Shown here piece after piece: positions 48,994 through 58,947 of a DNA stretch of 64,000 bases. Source of the DNA: an uncultured Muribaculaceae bacterium (GTDB taxonomy: Bacteria; Bacteroidota; Bacteroidia; Bacteroidales; UBA932); assembly GCA_964600385.1 (NCBI GenBank), contig CAZRJC010000006.1, forward strand, positions 33,323-97,322, read 5' to 3'. A program made the translations under genes and the position numbers. The first letter of the stretch is position 1; each line of letters starts with the position of its first letter. Below the pieces are notes generated by a model that had not been told where the DNA came from, did not search any database, and saw only the letters and a list, made by a program, of their open reading frames with translations.

Positions 48994-50940
48994 ATGGCGT
49001 ATTTGAAGTTTAACAAATATGAATTGGGAAACCTTGAGTATTCGCTCAAACGTGAAATACTGGCCACAAACCGTGCAGGCGGGTATCTGAATACTACCAT
49101 TATCGGATGCAATACCCGAAAATACCACGGATTGCTGGTTGTTCCCATTGATTCGCTGGGCGGAGGCAATTACATATTGCTGTCTACCCTCGATGAAACA
49201 CTCGTTCAACACGACCAGGCTTTCAACCTGGGTATACACCGTTATCCCGGTATCTATGAACCGAGGGGCCATAAGTATATCATAGACTTTGAACTGGACA
49301 AGAACATTACCCTGACATACCGCATAGGAGGCATGATATTCAGGAAAGAAATCGTATTTGTCCACAACAAAGAGCAGGTGCTGCTGCGCTATACGCTCCT
49401 CGATGCACATTCCCCCACAACCCTAAGGCTCAGGCCTTTCCTGGCTTTCAGGAACGTGCACACCCTTACCCGCGCCAATATGGAGGCGAATACCTTCCAT
49501 TCGGTGGTCGAAAAAGGTATAGGCTGCCGTTTGTATGAGGGATTTCCCACGCTTTACATGCAGCTTAATGTCAAAAATGAATTTATAGCGGTCCCGGACT
49601 GGTACCGGAATATCGAATATTTGCAGGAGAAAGAACGCGGATATGACTATCATGAAGATTTGTTTGTCCCCGGCTATTTTGAATGTCCGCTCAAAAAAGG
49701 CCAGAGCGTTGTTTTCTCGGCCTCTTTAAAGGAAATCAATTCCACGGGGCTCCCCAAAGCCTTCAACTCCGAACTCGAAATACGTCCGGAACGCAAATCA
49801 TATAAGGATTGCCTGAAACTTGCCGCTTCGCAGTTCATCATCCGTAAGGACAACCGTACCGAGGTGGTAGCCGGTTATCCCTGGTTTGGCCGTTGGGGCC
49901 GGGATACGTTCATAGCCCTGCCCGGACTCACGCTGGCAGGTTGTTACGATCCGAAAACCTGCAAGGATGTTCTCGACACGATGGTTGCCCAGATGCAAAA
50001 CGGTCTGTTCCCCAATATGGGAGAAGGCAACTCTGCTGCCTTCAATTCGGCCGATGCTCCGCTCTGGTTTTTCTGGACACTGCAGCAATACCTTCAGGCC
50101 ACAGGCGACCGTGAAGCGTTATGGAACGCATACGGCCCTGTCATGAAAAAGGTCCTGAGGGCATACCGGTACGGCACTACAGATATCCGGATGCACGACA
50201 ACGGGCTTATCTGGGCAGCCGGTGAGGGAAAGGCCCTGACCTGGATGGATGCCGTGGTTGACGGCATTCCGGTTACAGGAAGAGCAGGATATGCCGTGGA
50301 GATATGTGCCCTCTGGTACAATGCGGTGTGTTTTACCCTTGAACTGGCACGGGAATTCCGGGACGATGAGTTTACAGCGGAATTCGGAGAAATACCGGTA
50401 CTGATAAAAGAAAACTTCCTGCCTGTTTTCTGGGTGGACGGACGGGCTCATCTGGCCGATTATGTAGATGCCTCGGGGCAGAATACAGATACAAGGCCCA
50501 ATCAGTTGTTTGCCTGTTCGCTTCCGTTCAGCCCCATTTCGGACGAAATAAAGAACCGTATACTGGACGTATGTTGCAGGGAACTTCTTACTACCAGGGG
50601 ACTTCGTACCCTTTCTCCAAAGAATTCCATGTTCGTGGGTCGTTACGAAGGAAATCAGCATATAAGGGACAATGCGTACCATCAGGGAACTGCATGGCCG
50701 TGGTTGCTGGGACATTATATTGAAGCACAGTTCCGCATTCACGGGGCGATGTTTGCCGAATGCGCAAGGGAACTGGTGTATGCCTTTGAAGAAGACATGA
50801 CTGAACACGGAGTGGGGTCCATACCTGAAGTATATGACGGAGATCCTCCTCACCGGCCCCACGGGTGTACTTCCCAGGCCTGGAGCGTGGCGGAAATCCT
50901 CAGATCGATACAGTTAATAGAAAAATACCAGGAGCAATGA
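48994..50940 (+). CDS. Glycogen debranching enzyme, amylo-alpha-1,6-glucosidase type (GH133-like)
   Basis: 648 aa; (alpha/alpha)6-barrel-type blocks (GYPWFGRWGRDTFIALPGL, DAPLWFFW, AYHQGTAWPWLLG, EVYDGDPPH...GC.SQAWS). Confidence 0.85.
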   Translation: MAYLKFNKYELGNLEYSLKREILATNRAGGYLNTTIIGCNTRKYHGLLVVPIDSLGGGNYILLSTLDETLVQHDQAFNLGIHRYPGIYEPRGHKYIIDFELDKNITLTYRIGGMIFRKEIVFVHNKEQVLLRYTLLDAHSPTTLRLRPFLAFRNVHTLTRANMEANTFHSVVEKGIGCRLYEGFPTLYMQLNVKNEFIAVPDWYRNIEYLQEKERGYDYHEDLFVPGYFECPLKKGQSVVFSASLKEINSTGLPKAFNSELEIRPERKSYKDCLKLAASQFIIRKDNRTEVVAGYPWFGRWGRDTFIALPGLTLAGCYDPKTCKDVLDTMVAQMQNGLFPNMGEGNSAAFNSADAPLWFFWTLQQYLQATGDREALWNAYGPVMKKVLRAYRYGTTDIRMHDNGLIWAAGEGKALTWMDAVVDGIPVTGRAGYAVEICALWYNAVCFTLELAREFRDDEFTAEFGEIPVLIKENFLPVFWVDGRAHLADYVDASGQNTDTRPNQLFACSLPFSPISDEIKNRILDVCCRELLTTRGLRTLSPKNSMFVGRYEGNQHIRDNAYHQGTAWPWLLGHYIEAQFRIHGAMFAECARELVYAFEEDMTEHGVGSIPEVYDGDPPHRPHGCTSQAWSVAEILRSIQLIEKYQEQ

Positions 50941-52226
50941 AAGTGTTGATGTTCGGGTGGGAATTCCCGCCTCATATTGCAGGCGGTCTGGGTACAGCCT
51001 GTGACGGCCTTACAAGGGGACTGTCCAAACAAAACGTGGAAGTGCTTTTTGTCATGCCCTCGGCATCGGGGGACGAAGATCAGAGTGCTGTCCGCATTAT
51101 CAATGCCAGCGAAGTGGTTGCTTTCGAGAAAAAAGAAGAGGCACGGCAACTGTTTGACAACGTACATTTTCTGAAAGTCACCTCCAATCTGATTCCTTAC
51201 ATGGGACCCGATGAATTCGAGGAAGCCATAGATCTGGAAAGAGAAAAGGAATGGAACGAATTCAGGATTTCGTTCGGTAATAAATACAAATTTTCCGGGA
51301 AATACGGCAAGAATCTCATGGAAGAAGTCATGCGTTATGCTCTGGTGGCGGCTTCCATTGCCCGGCAGTATGATTTTGACATCATTCATGCCCACGACTG
51401 GCTCACTTACATGGCAGGCATTGCTGCAAAAAAAATATCCGGGAAACCGCTGGTCATTCATGTTCATGCCACCGAGTTCGACCGGTCGGGCGAAAATATC
51501 AATACCCAGGTATACGACCTGGAAAAAAGAGGGATGGAGCAGGCAGACCGGGTGATTGCCGTAAGTAACCTGACCCGCGACATAGTCATCAGAAAATACC
51601 ATATTGCTCCTGAAAAAGTGGTGACCGTTCATAATGCGGTTGATTTCAAAACGGCCGAGAGCCGCACCATCGAAAGAGGAGTTCCCGAAAAGATCGTGAC
51701 CTTCCTGGGACGGATAACGTATCAGAAGGGTCCTGAATATTTCATTGAGGCGGCCTATAAAGTGTTGCAGAAATGCAAGAATGTACGGTTTGTAATGGCC
51801 GGAAGCGGCGATATGTTCAACCGTTCGGTACGCCGGGTGGCCAAACTGGGTATTTCCAATCATTTTCATTTTACCGGATTTCTCAGGGGCGATGATGTCA
51901 AGAACATGTTCGCATACTCGGATGTGTATGTGATGCCTTCTGTTTCTGAACCTTTTGGTATTTCCCCGCTGGAAGCCATGAGGGCCAATGTGCCTACCAT
52001 CATATCCAAACAGTCTGGGGTGGCAGAGGTGCTCAACCATGCCATAAAAGTCGATTTCTGGGACGTGAATGCCCTGGCAGATGCTATTTTCGGATTGCTT
52101 AACTATCCTGCGCTCTCCCGCATGACCGTACGCTGCGGTCTGGAAGAAGTCAACGCGATGAAATGGGACAATGCTGCGTTGAAAGTGAAAAACATATACG
52201 AATCTGTTTTGAACGAAAAAGCTTAA
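50937..52226 (+). CDS. GT-B glycosyltransferase (GT4/glycogen-synthase-like)
   Basis: 429 aa from ATG 50937 (ATGA overlap with the upstream stop). MKVLMFGWEFPPHIAGGLGTA, HAHDWLT, PSVSEPFGISPLEAM. Confidence 0.85.
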   Translation: MKVLMFGWEFPPHIAGGLGTACDGLTRGLSKQNVEVLFVMPSASGDEDQSAVRIINASEVVAFEKKEEARQLFDNVHFLKVTSNLIPYMGPDEFEEAIDLEREKEWNEFRISFGNKYKFSGKYGKNLMEEVMRYALVAASIARQYDFDIIHAHDWLTYMAGIAAKKISGKPLVIHVHATEFDRSGENINTQVYDLEKRGMEQADRVIAVSNLTRDIVIRKYHIAPEKVVTVHNAVDFKTAESRTIERGVPEKIVTFLGRITYQKGPEYFIEAAYKVLQKCKNVRFVMAGSGDMFNRSVRRVAKLGISNHFHFTGFLRGDDVKNMFAYSDVYVMPSVSEPFGISPLEAMRANVPTIISKQSGVAEVLNHAIKVDFWDVNALADAIFGLLNYPALSRMTVRCGLEEVNAMKWDNAALKVKNIYESVLNEKA

Positions 52227-52236
52227 ATTAAGAGAT

Positions 52237-53421
52237 ATGAAAAAGACCCTTTGTTTGTACTTTCAGGTACACCAGCCTTACAGACTGCGTCAATACCGTT
52301 TCTTTGACATCGGAAAAAATTCGTATTACTACGATGATTTTGCGAACAAAACCATCATGAACAGGGTCGCAAACCGTTGCTACCTGCCGGTTAACAATCT
52401 GTTGGCCGATCTTATCAAAAAATACAACGGGGCATTCAAGGTGGCCTTTTCCATAAGCGGGATAGCCATTGAACAGATGGAACAGTATGCACCGGCAGCA
52501 CTTGAATCGTTTAAAGAACTGTCAAAGACCGGTTGTGTGGAATTCCTGGCAGAAACCTACTCCCATTCGTTGTCTTCGCTCATCTCTCCGCGCAAGTTCA
52601 AGGACCAGGTGGCCATGCATGTCAATACGGTTGAAGAGCACTTTGGCATGAAACCCACCGCTTTCAGGAACACGGAACTGATCTATTCAGATACGATTGG
52701 CGAGATGGTGGCCGATATGGGTTTTACCACCATGCTTACAGAAGGGGCGCGCCACATAATGGGCTGGAAGAGCCCCAACTATTTATATGTTAATGCCATA
52801 AATCCCAAATTGAAACTGTTGCTCAGGAATTTCAGACTGAGCGACGATATTGCTTTTCGTTTTTCCAACCGCAGTTGGGGAGACTGGCCGCTGACCGCCG
52901 AGAAATATGCCGGCTGGCTGGCACAGGCCCTGGAAAAGGATGATATTGTGAATGTGTTTATGGATTATGAAAGCTTTGGCGAACATCAGCCGACCGAATC
53001 GGGAATCTTCGATTTCCTGGCGGCACTGCCGGGCATGATCCTTAACCATGCCAACACAGAAATACTCACGCCTTCGGAATCGGCCAAAAAGCATCAGCCT
53101 ATTGCCCCGTTGCATGTACCTTATGCCATTTCGTGGGCCGATGAGGAAAGGGATGTGAGTGCATGGCTTGGAAACGAACTGCAGCAGGAGGCATTCAGCA
53201 ATTTGTATAAACTGGAAGATCCTGTCCGTGACAGCAATGATACCGTTTTGCAGAGGGATTTCAGAAGGCTGCAGGCCAGCGACCATTTTTATTATATGTG
53301 TACCAAGTTCTTCTCCGACGGAGATGTACATAAATACTTTAATCCTTACGATACGCCCTACGAGGCGTTTATTAATTACATGAATGTGTTGAGCGACCTT
53401 ACGCTCCGCGTGCCAAAATAG
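52237..53421 (+). CDS. Glycoside hydrolase family 57 protein (alpha-amylase-like)
   Basis: 394 aa; N-terminal LYFQVHQPYRL and later blocks typical of GH57 (MDYESFGEH). Confidence 0.8.
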   Translation: MKKTLCLYFQVHQPYRLRQYRFFDIGKNSYYYDDFANKTIMNRVANRCYLPVNNLLADLIKKYNGAFKVAFSISGIAIEQMEQYAPAALESFKELSKTGCVEFLAETYSHSLSSLISPRKFKDQVAMHVNTVEEHFGMKPTAFRNTELIYSDTIGEMVADMGFTTMLTEGARHIMGWKSPNYLYVNAINPKLKLLLRNFRLSDDIAFRFSNRSWGDWPLTAEKYAGWLAQALEKDDIVNVFMDYESFGEHQPTESGIFDFLAALPGMILNHANTEILTPSESAKKHQPIAPLHVPYAISWADEERDVSAWLGNELQQEAFSNLYKLEDPVRDSNDTVLQRDFRRLQASDHFYYMCTKFFSDGDVHKYFNPYDTPYEAFINYMNVLSDLTLRVPK

Positions 53422-53431
53422 ATAGAATGAT

Positions 53432-56400
53432 ATGATGAGTGAAATGAATTTGATCCCCGACTATTTGTTTGAAGTGAGTTGGGAAGTGTGTAACAAGGTG
53501 GGGGGAATACATACCGTAATTGCCACTAAAGCGCTGAATATGTCCAGACAAATGGATAACAGGCATATTCTGATTGGGCCTGACGTGTGGCGGGAGACAA
53601 AACAGAACCCCGAATTTTTGGAAGATAACAGACTGCTGCGTCCCTGGCGGGACAAGGCAGCCCAGGAAGGCCTGAGAATCAGGGTCGGACGCTGGAATGT
53701 GGCAGGCAATCCCATTGTGGTATTGGTTGATTTCACATCGTATATTGCCAGAAAAGACGAGATCTTTACCGATTTCTGGAAACGTTTTAAACTCGATTCC
53801 ATAAGCGGGCAGTGGGATTATATTGAACCCGCCCTGTTCGGGTATGCATCGGGCATTGTCATTGAAAGTTTTGTCAGGTTCAATCTGGCCCCGCACCATA
53901 AAAGCGTGGCCCAGTTCCATGAATGGATGACCGGAACCGGCCTGCTTTATCTCAAGACATGCAAATTGCTGATAGCTACTGCTTTTACCACGCATGCCAC
54001 AGTCCTGGGCCGCAGTATTGCGGGAAACATGCTGCCTCTTTACGACCAGATGGAAAATTACAACCCGGCTGAAAAGGCCCGGGAATACAATGTAATAGCC
54101 AAACACTCCCTGGAGAAAACGGCAGCTGTCCATGCCGATGTGTTTACCACCGTGAGCGATATCACCTCCCGTGAGTGCTCTCATTTCCTTGAAAAGGACA
54201 TAGACATTGTGACACCCAACGGATTTGAGAACAGTTTCACTCCTTCCGACGACCAATACCCGGTCTGGGTGGCCAACGGAAAAGCAAAGCTTAAAGAAAT
54301 TGCCGGGTCGCTGCTGAAAGAGAAAACGGACGATAACGCTCTTATGGTAGGCATCAGTGGCCGCTATGAATTCAAAAACAAGGGAGTGGATGTCTTTATT
54401 GAGGCATTGGCCGGTCTGAACAAAAAACTCGGCGAAGGGGACCGCCAGATTCTGGCATTCTTCATGGTTCCTGCCGGCCACAGGGGACCCAGGAAGAATT
54501 ACGATGACCTGTATACTACCCATTACCTGAACGATCACGACAACGATCCTTCCATTAAAATGTTCCGGGAAACCGGTTTGCTGAACAGCAGCAAAAACCG
54601 TGTGAAAGTGTTCTTTATTCCCTGTTATCTTGATGGAAACGACGGATTTGTGAACATGACATATTACGAACTGCTGGCCGGACTGGATTTGTCTGTATTC
54701 CCATCCTATTACGAACCCTGGGGATACACACCGCTGGAAAGCCTGGCATTCAGGGTTCCCACTGTAACCACTTCGCTGGCAGGATTCGGCCTGTGGGTTG
54801 ATAAACAATATAAGGAGGCCCATCCGGGCATTGAGATAATCCACAGGGACGACAGAAACCGTAACAATGTGGTAACCGCTATTGCACAGGTTATTGAAAG
54901 GATTTCCGGGTACGATGCCGCACAGGCCGCTGCCGTAAAGGCAAATGCCAGGGATGTCTCTTCCATTGCATTATGGGACAATTTCCTTACCTATTACACC
55001 AAAGCCTATGCTATTGCACTTGGCAAGATAGTGGGGGACCTGGAAAAATTCCCCGTCAAAAGGGACGAGTGCTTCTTTATTCGCCACGATCACTGGCATT
55101 CTGCCCCCAGCTGGTTCCCGGTCACCATACAGAAACAATTGCCTTACCGGCTCATTTTCCTTGAAATTTTGTCCAAGAACCTTTGGTGGTCATGGAACCA
55201 GGAAGCCATTGACCTGTTTGCAGGCATAGATCCCGAGCTTTGGATCAAAGCAGAAAAGAATCCTATCATCCTGCTGGACATGATTTCGCTCAAAAAATAC
55301 AATGCTCTGGAAAAAAACACGGCTTTTCTGGCCCGCCTCGACGCGGTGCAGGATCAGTTTGAAGAATACATGAGGGCCAAGGAAACCATGACGGGGCCGA
55401 GTGTAGCTTACTTCAGCATGGAATACGGTCTGGACTGGTCTTTGAAGATCTATTCGGGAGGTCTGGGCATACTTGCCGGTGACTACCTGAAAGAAGCCTC
55501 TGACAAAGCCGTACCCATGACAGCCGTAGGGCTCCTGTACCGGTATGGCTATTTTCGCCAGCAACTATCGGCGCAGGGAGATCAGGTAAGTGAGCGTGAG
55601 GTGATAGATTTCCAGAAGATACCGGCCATCCCTGTTCGTGACGAGAATGATAAATGGGCTACCGTAAGCATTGCCTTTCCGGGACGAAATCTCTACGCCA
55701 GGATCTGGAGGGTTGATGTAGGCCGTACCGAGTTATATCTTCTCGATACCGATATGGATGAAAACCTGCCCGAAGACCGTTCCATTACACATCAGCTTTA
55801 CGGAGGTGACTGGGAAAACCGTCTGAAACAGGAGCTGCTGCTGGGTGTGGGAGGAATAAGGTTGCTGCGGATCCTGGGTAAGGATGCCGATGTATACCAT
55901 TGCAACGAAGGCCACGCCGCCTTTATCGGTCTGGAAAGAATGCGTGAATACGTCACCCGCGACAAGCTTTCCTTTGATGAAGCCAGGGAAGTGGTGCGTT
56001 CTTCGTCGCTGTTCACAACACATACGCCCGTACCGGCCGGTCATGACGCGTTTTCCGAAGATATGCTCCGGCCCTATTTCTCGCACTATCCCGTGAGGCT
56101 CGAGACAAGCTGGGAGATGCTTATGAGCCTTGGAAAATCGGATCCGTGTGATGTACACGAAAAATTTTCCATGAGCTACCTGGCGGCCAATTTGTCGCAG
56201 GAGATCAACGGTGTGAGCATGTTGCACGGACGCGTAAGCCAGGAAATCCTGAATCCGCTCTGGCCCGGATATCTGCCGGAAGAGTCGCATGTGGGTTATG
56301 TTACAAACGGCGTACACTACCAGACCTGGACGGCACGTGAATGGCAGGAGATTCATACCCGTGAATTCGGAGAAGCATTCGGAACCCATCATTACGACAA

Positions 56401-57643
56401 GCAATGTTTTGAATCGTTCCTGAAAGTTAGTGACAAGGAAGTCTGGAGCGTGCGGAATCAGTTAAGATCCAGATTGATTACCCGCATTGTACAGGAATTC
56501 TCGAGCACCGTTCAGGCACCGTCGTGCTACTCGCCCCAGGAAGTGGTATCCATTCGCGGCAACCTCAGAAAGGAAATCCTGACCATTGGATTTGCCCGCC
56601 GGTTTGCCACCTACAAGAGAGCACACCTGCTGTTCAGCAACCTGGACCGGCTGAATGCGATCATAAACAATCCGGACATGCCCGTGCAGTTTCTGTTTGC
56701 CGGCAAGGCCCATCCCGATGATAAAGCCGGTCAGGACCTTATAAAACGCATCATTGAAATATCCCGCATGCCTCAATTCCTTGGGAAGATCCTATTCATA
56801 CCCAACTACAATATGGGTGTGGCCAAGATGCTTGTGCAGGGCGTGGATGTATGGATGAATACTCCCACCAGACCGCTGGAAGCTTCGGGAACCAGCGGGG
56901 AAAAAGCGGCCATGAACGGAGTGATGCACCTGAGTGTGCTGGACGGATGGTGGGTTGAAGGCTACCGTCAGGGTGCCGGCTGGGCACTGCCCAGGGAAAG
57001 GACCTATGAGAACCAGCAATACCAGGACGAAATGGATGCGGCTACCATTTACAACCTGCTCGAAAGCGAAATAGTGCCAATGTTCTATAAGCGGAATGTC
57101 ATGGGGATTCCCGAAGCCTGGGTACAGTACATTAAGAATACCGTGGCTTTTGTGGCCGGTAATTTCACCACCAACCGCATGATGTCCGATTATGAAAAAC
57201 AATATTACCAGCCGCTGAACAATCGTTACCACAAAATGATTGAAGAAGATTACGCGCTGGCACGTGAACTGGCTTTTTGGAAAACGAGGGTGCAACGCGA
57301 ATGGGAATCGGTGGAGGTTATATCGTATGTACATCCCAATGAGAACAACGAAGTGCTGAGTCTGGGAGCCGAGCATGAGTCGAAGGTGCAGCTTTACCTG
57401 GGAACCCTTTCGGCAGAAGATGTGGGAGTTGAAATGGTTATCACCACACGCGATAAAAACGACCGTATTGTCATTGATGAGATAATACCTTTCCAGTTGG
57501 AACATTTTGCCAACAGCGAAGCTACCTTTACCTGCAGACTGATTCCTCAGACGGCCGGTGGCTACTACATAGCGGCACGCGTTTATGCTAAAAATGATAA
57601 ATTACCACATAGACAAGATTTTGCATTAGTAAAATGGTTGTAG
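53432..57643 (+). CDS. Fusion protein: eukaryote-type (GT3) glycogen synthase fused to alpha-glucan phosphorylase (GT35)
   Basis: 1403 aa. N-terminal ~540 aa: LFEVSWEVCNKVGGIHTVIATKA, PSYYEPWGYTPLESLA (GT3 pattern). C-terminal ~840 aa: YFSMEYGL, GGLGILAGDYLKEASD, HCNEGHAAF, FTTHTPV.AGHD, ARRFATYKR, EASGTSGEKAAMNG (PLP-Lys region). No stop or frameshift at the junction near 55030..55100. Confidence 0.88.
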   Translation: MMSEMNLIPDYLFEVSWEVCNKVGGIHTVIATKALNMSRQMDNRHILIGPDVWRETKQNPEFLEDNRLLRPWRDKAAQEGLRIRVGRWNVAGNPIVVLVDFTSYIARKDEIFTDFWKRFKLDSISGQWDYIEPALFGYASGIVIESFVRFNLAPHHKSVAQFHEWMTGTGLLYLKTCKLLIATAFTTHATVLGRSIAGNMLPLYDQMENYNPAEKAREYNVIAKHSLEKTAAVHADVFTTVSDITSRECSHFLEKDIDIVTPNGFENSFTPSDDQYPVWVANGKAKLKEIAGSLLKEKTDDNALMVGISGRYEFKNKGVDVFIEALAGLNKKLGEGDRQILAFFMVPAGHRGPRKNYDDLYTTHYLNDHDNDPSIKMFRETGLLNSSKNRVKVFFIPCYLDGNDGFVNMTYYELLAGLDLSVFPSYYEPWGYTPLESLAFRVPTVTTSLAGFGLWVDKQYKEAHPGIEIIHRDDRNRNNVVTAIAQVIERISGYDAAQAAAVKANARDVSSIALWDNFLTYYTKAYAIALGKIVGDLEKFPVKRDECFFIRHDHWHSAPSWFPVTIQKQLPYRLIFLEILSKNLWWSWNQEAIDLFAGIDPELWIKAEKNPIILLDMISLKKYNALEKNTAFLARLDAVQDQFEEYMRAKETMTGPSVAYFSMEYGLDWSLKIYSGGLGILAGDYLKEASDKAVPMTAVGLLYRYGYFRQQLSAQGDQVSEREVIDFQKIPAIPVRDENDKWATVSIAFPGRNLYARIWRVDVGRTELYLLDTDMDENLPEDRSITHQLYGGDWENRLKQELLLGVGGIRLLRILGKDADVYHCNEGHAAFIGLERMREYVTRDKLSFDEAREVVRSSSLFTTHTPVPAGHDAFSEDMLRPYFSHYPVRLETSWEMLMSLGKSDPCDVHEKFSMSYLAANLSQEINGVSMLHGRVSQEILNPLWPGYLPEESHVGYVTNGVHYQTWTAREWQEIHTREFGEAFGTHHYDKQCFESFLKVSDKEVWSVRNQLRSRLITRIVQEFSSTVQAPSCYSPQEVVSIRGNLRKEILTIGFARRFATYKRAHLLFSNLDRLNAIINNPDMPVQFLFAGKAHPDDKAGQDLIKRIIEISRMPQFLGKILFIPNYNMGVAKMLVQGVDVWMNTPTRPLEASGTSGEKAAMNGVMHLSVLDGWWVEGYRQGAGWALPRERTYENQQYQDEMDAATIYNLLESEIVPMFYKRNVMGIPEAWVQYIKNTVAFVAGNFTTNRMMSDYEKQYYQPLNNRYHKMIEEDYALARELAFWKTRVQREWESVEVISYVHPNENNEVLSLGAEHESKVQLYLGTLSAEDVGVEMVITTRDKNDRIVIDEIIPFQLEHFANSEATFTCRLIPQTAGGYYIAARVYAKNDKLPHRQDFALVKWL

Positions 57644-58512
57644 CAGCAACAGGTTTTTTTGATGGAGTGCACCTGGGACACAAAGCGGTCCTGGATTGCC
57701 TTACCGCCACGGCCTCAGAAAGGGGGGCCCAAAGTGCGGTAATCACTTTCTGGCCGCATCCGCGGGCCGTGCTGCAAAAAGATGCAGCCGGATTCCGGCT
57801 GCTTACCTCACTGGATGAAAAACGCTCGCTGATCATGGACAAAGGAGTGGATGCCTTTCATGTGTTGCCTTTCAACAAGGATTTTTCGCAGGTCTCCGCC
57901 AAATCGTTCTTTACCGATTACCTTCAGAAGATTTATCATGTAGATGCGCTGGTCATCGGTTATAATCACCGCCTGGGAAAAGACGTGCCGAATGCCAGGG
58001 AAGCCATGCGTTGCGAGGCTGCCTCGGTGGGACTGGAGCTCATTGATGTCCCCGAGTTCTTTTTTGACGGGTGCAATCATATAAGTTCCACGAAGATCCG
58101 CGCGGCTTTATCGCAGGGCTCCATAGAAACGGCCAACCAGTGGCTCGGTTATCCGTATCAGCTCCACGGCGTTGTGGTGCAAGGCAACCGGATGGGGCGG
58201 ACCATGGGCTTTCCCACAGCCAATATGGAACTGTACGAACCGCTCAAGCAGTTGCCGGCCAACGGGGTCTACGGAGTGAATGCCCGGGTGAACGGCCGCT
58301 GGTACAAAGGGATGACCAACATCGGCTGCAGACCTACCATAGCCAACACCACCACACGTACCATTGAAACACATATCTTTGACTTTGACGAAGATATTTA
58401 CGGACTGGAAATCGTGGTCCGGTTCCTGAAACGTCACAGGCAGGAAATAGTATTTCCTTCCGTAGATGCATTAAAACAGCAATTGGAAAAAGATAAACAG
58501 GCATTATTATGA
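57634..58512 (+). CDS. ribF: Bifunctional riboflavin kinase / FAD synthetase
   Basis: 292 aa; FFDGVHLGHKAV, then the kinase part GFPTANM and E.HIFDF..D.YG. Overlaps the upstream stop by 10 nt. Confidence 0.9.
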   Translation: MVVAATGFFDGVHLGHKAVLDCLTATASERGAQSAVITFWPHPRAVLQKDAAGFRLLTSLDEKRSLIMDKGVDAFHVLPFNKDFSQVSAKSFFTDYLQKIYHVDALVIGYNHRLGKDVPNAREAMRCEAASVGLELIDVPEFFFDGCNHISSTKIRAALSQGSIETANQWLGYPYQLHGVVVQGNRMGRTMGFPTANMELYEPLKQLPANGVYGVNARVNGRWYKGMTNIGCRPTIANTTTRTIETHIFDFDEDIYGLEIVVRFLKRHRQEIVFPSVDALKQQLEKDKQALL

Positions 58513-58859
58513 AATCCGAATCGATATTCACACTCGTCATGACGGTTCTGGCCGTTGGGCTGGGTATTTACAACAACATCCAGAAGGCAAAAAAACGTGA
58601 GCAACAGGCCAGACGTACTGTTTATGAAGAACCTGACCGTGAAGAGCCATACCGCAGGCCTGAGTTTCAGCCGTCTGTGGCTGTGGAAACCGGACCGACC
58701 GCGTATTCGGAAGGCGAAAGGCTTTTGAAGGACGATCCCCATGATGTCTCTGTACATGAGGAACAAAAAAAACCTAAATCGCGCAAGTACGGCTTTAATG
58801 CCAAGGAAGCCGTTTTATTTTCAGAAATCATTCGTCCGAAGTTTGACGAATTTGGTTGA
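58509..58859 (+). CDS. Hypothetical membrane-anchored protein
   Basis: 116 aa. ATGA overlap with the ribF stop. One N-terminal TM helix followed by a charged low-complexity region; no motif recognised. Confidence 0.5.
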   Translation: MKSESIFTLVMTVLAVGLGIYNNIQKAKKREQQARRTVYEEPDREEPYRRPEFQPSVAVETGPTAYSEGERLLKDDPHDVSVHEEQKKPKSRKYGFNAKEAVLFSEIIRPKFDEFG

Positions 58860-58874
58860 TTCATAAAGAAGTAT

Positions 58875-58882
58875 TATATTTG
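58875..58882 (+). promoter_or_regulatory. -7 promoter box TAtaTTTG for greA
   Basis: tatatttg ends 66 nt upstream of the greA ATG (58948). This is the longest leader among the boxes found in this window. Confidence 0.45.
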
Positions 58883-58886
58883 TGTC

Positions 58887-58918
58887 AAGAAGAGTCCTGC
58901 TAACACAGGGTTCTTCTT
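58887..58918 (+). terminator. 13-bp hairpin followed by a U-rich tract: terminator of the ribF operon and/or greA leader attenuator
   Basis: aagaagagtcctg (58887..58899) pairs with cagggttcttctt (58906..58918): 11 Watson-Crick pairs plus 2 G-U pairs, with a 6-nt loop. It is followed by cugcuuuauuuua. Confidence 0.55.
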
Positions 58919-58947
58919 CTGCTTTATTTTATACTAAAAACATTGCT

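Noticed and set aside
50850-52040. 396-aa ORF antisense to the GT4 gene. Similar long antisense or alternate-frame ORFs occur at 32993..33976, 3656..4522, 7446..8282, 9899..10684, 17880..18596, 47619..48431, 50119..50862, 55733..56404 and 56792..57505.
   Set aside because: Same reasoning: each is fully nested opposite or out of frame within a CDS with clear family motifs, and the translations are not protein-like. I do not consider them genes without ribosome-profiling evidence.
53399-54844. 481-aa ORF antisense to the glycogen synthase part of the fusion gene.
   Set aside because: It lies entirely opposite a strongly conserved CDS. Its translation is His/Phe/Cys/Gly-rich with no recognisable motif, and it has no promoter box or start context. 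This is a typical shadow ORF produced by codon bias on the opposite strand.
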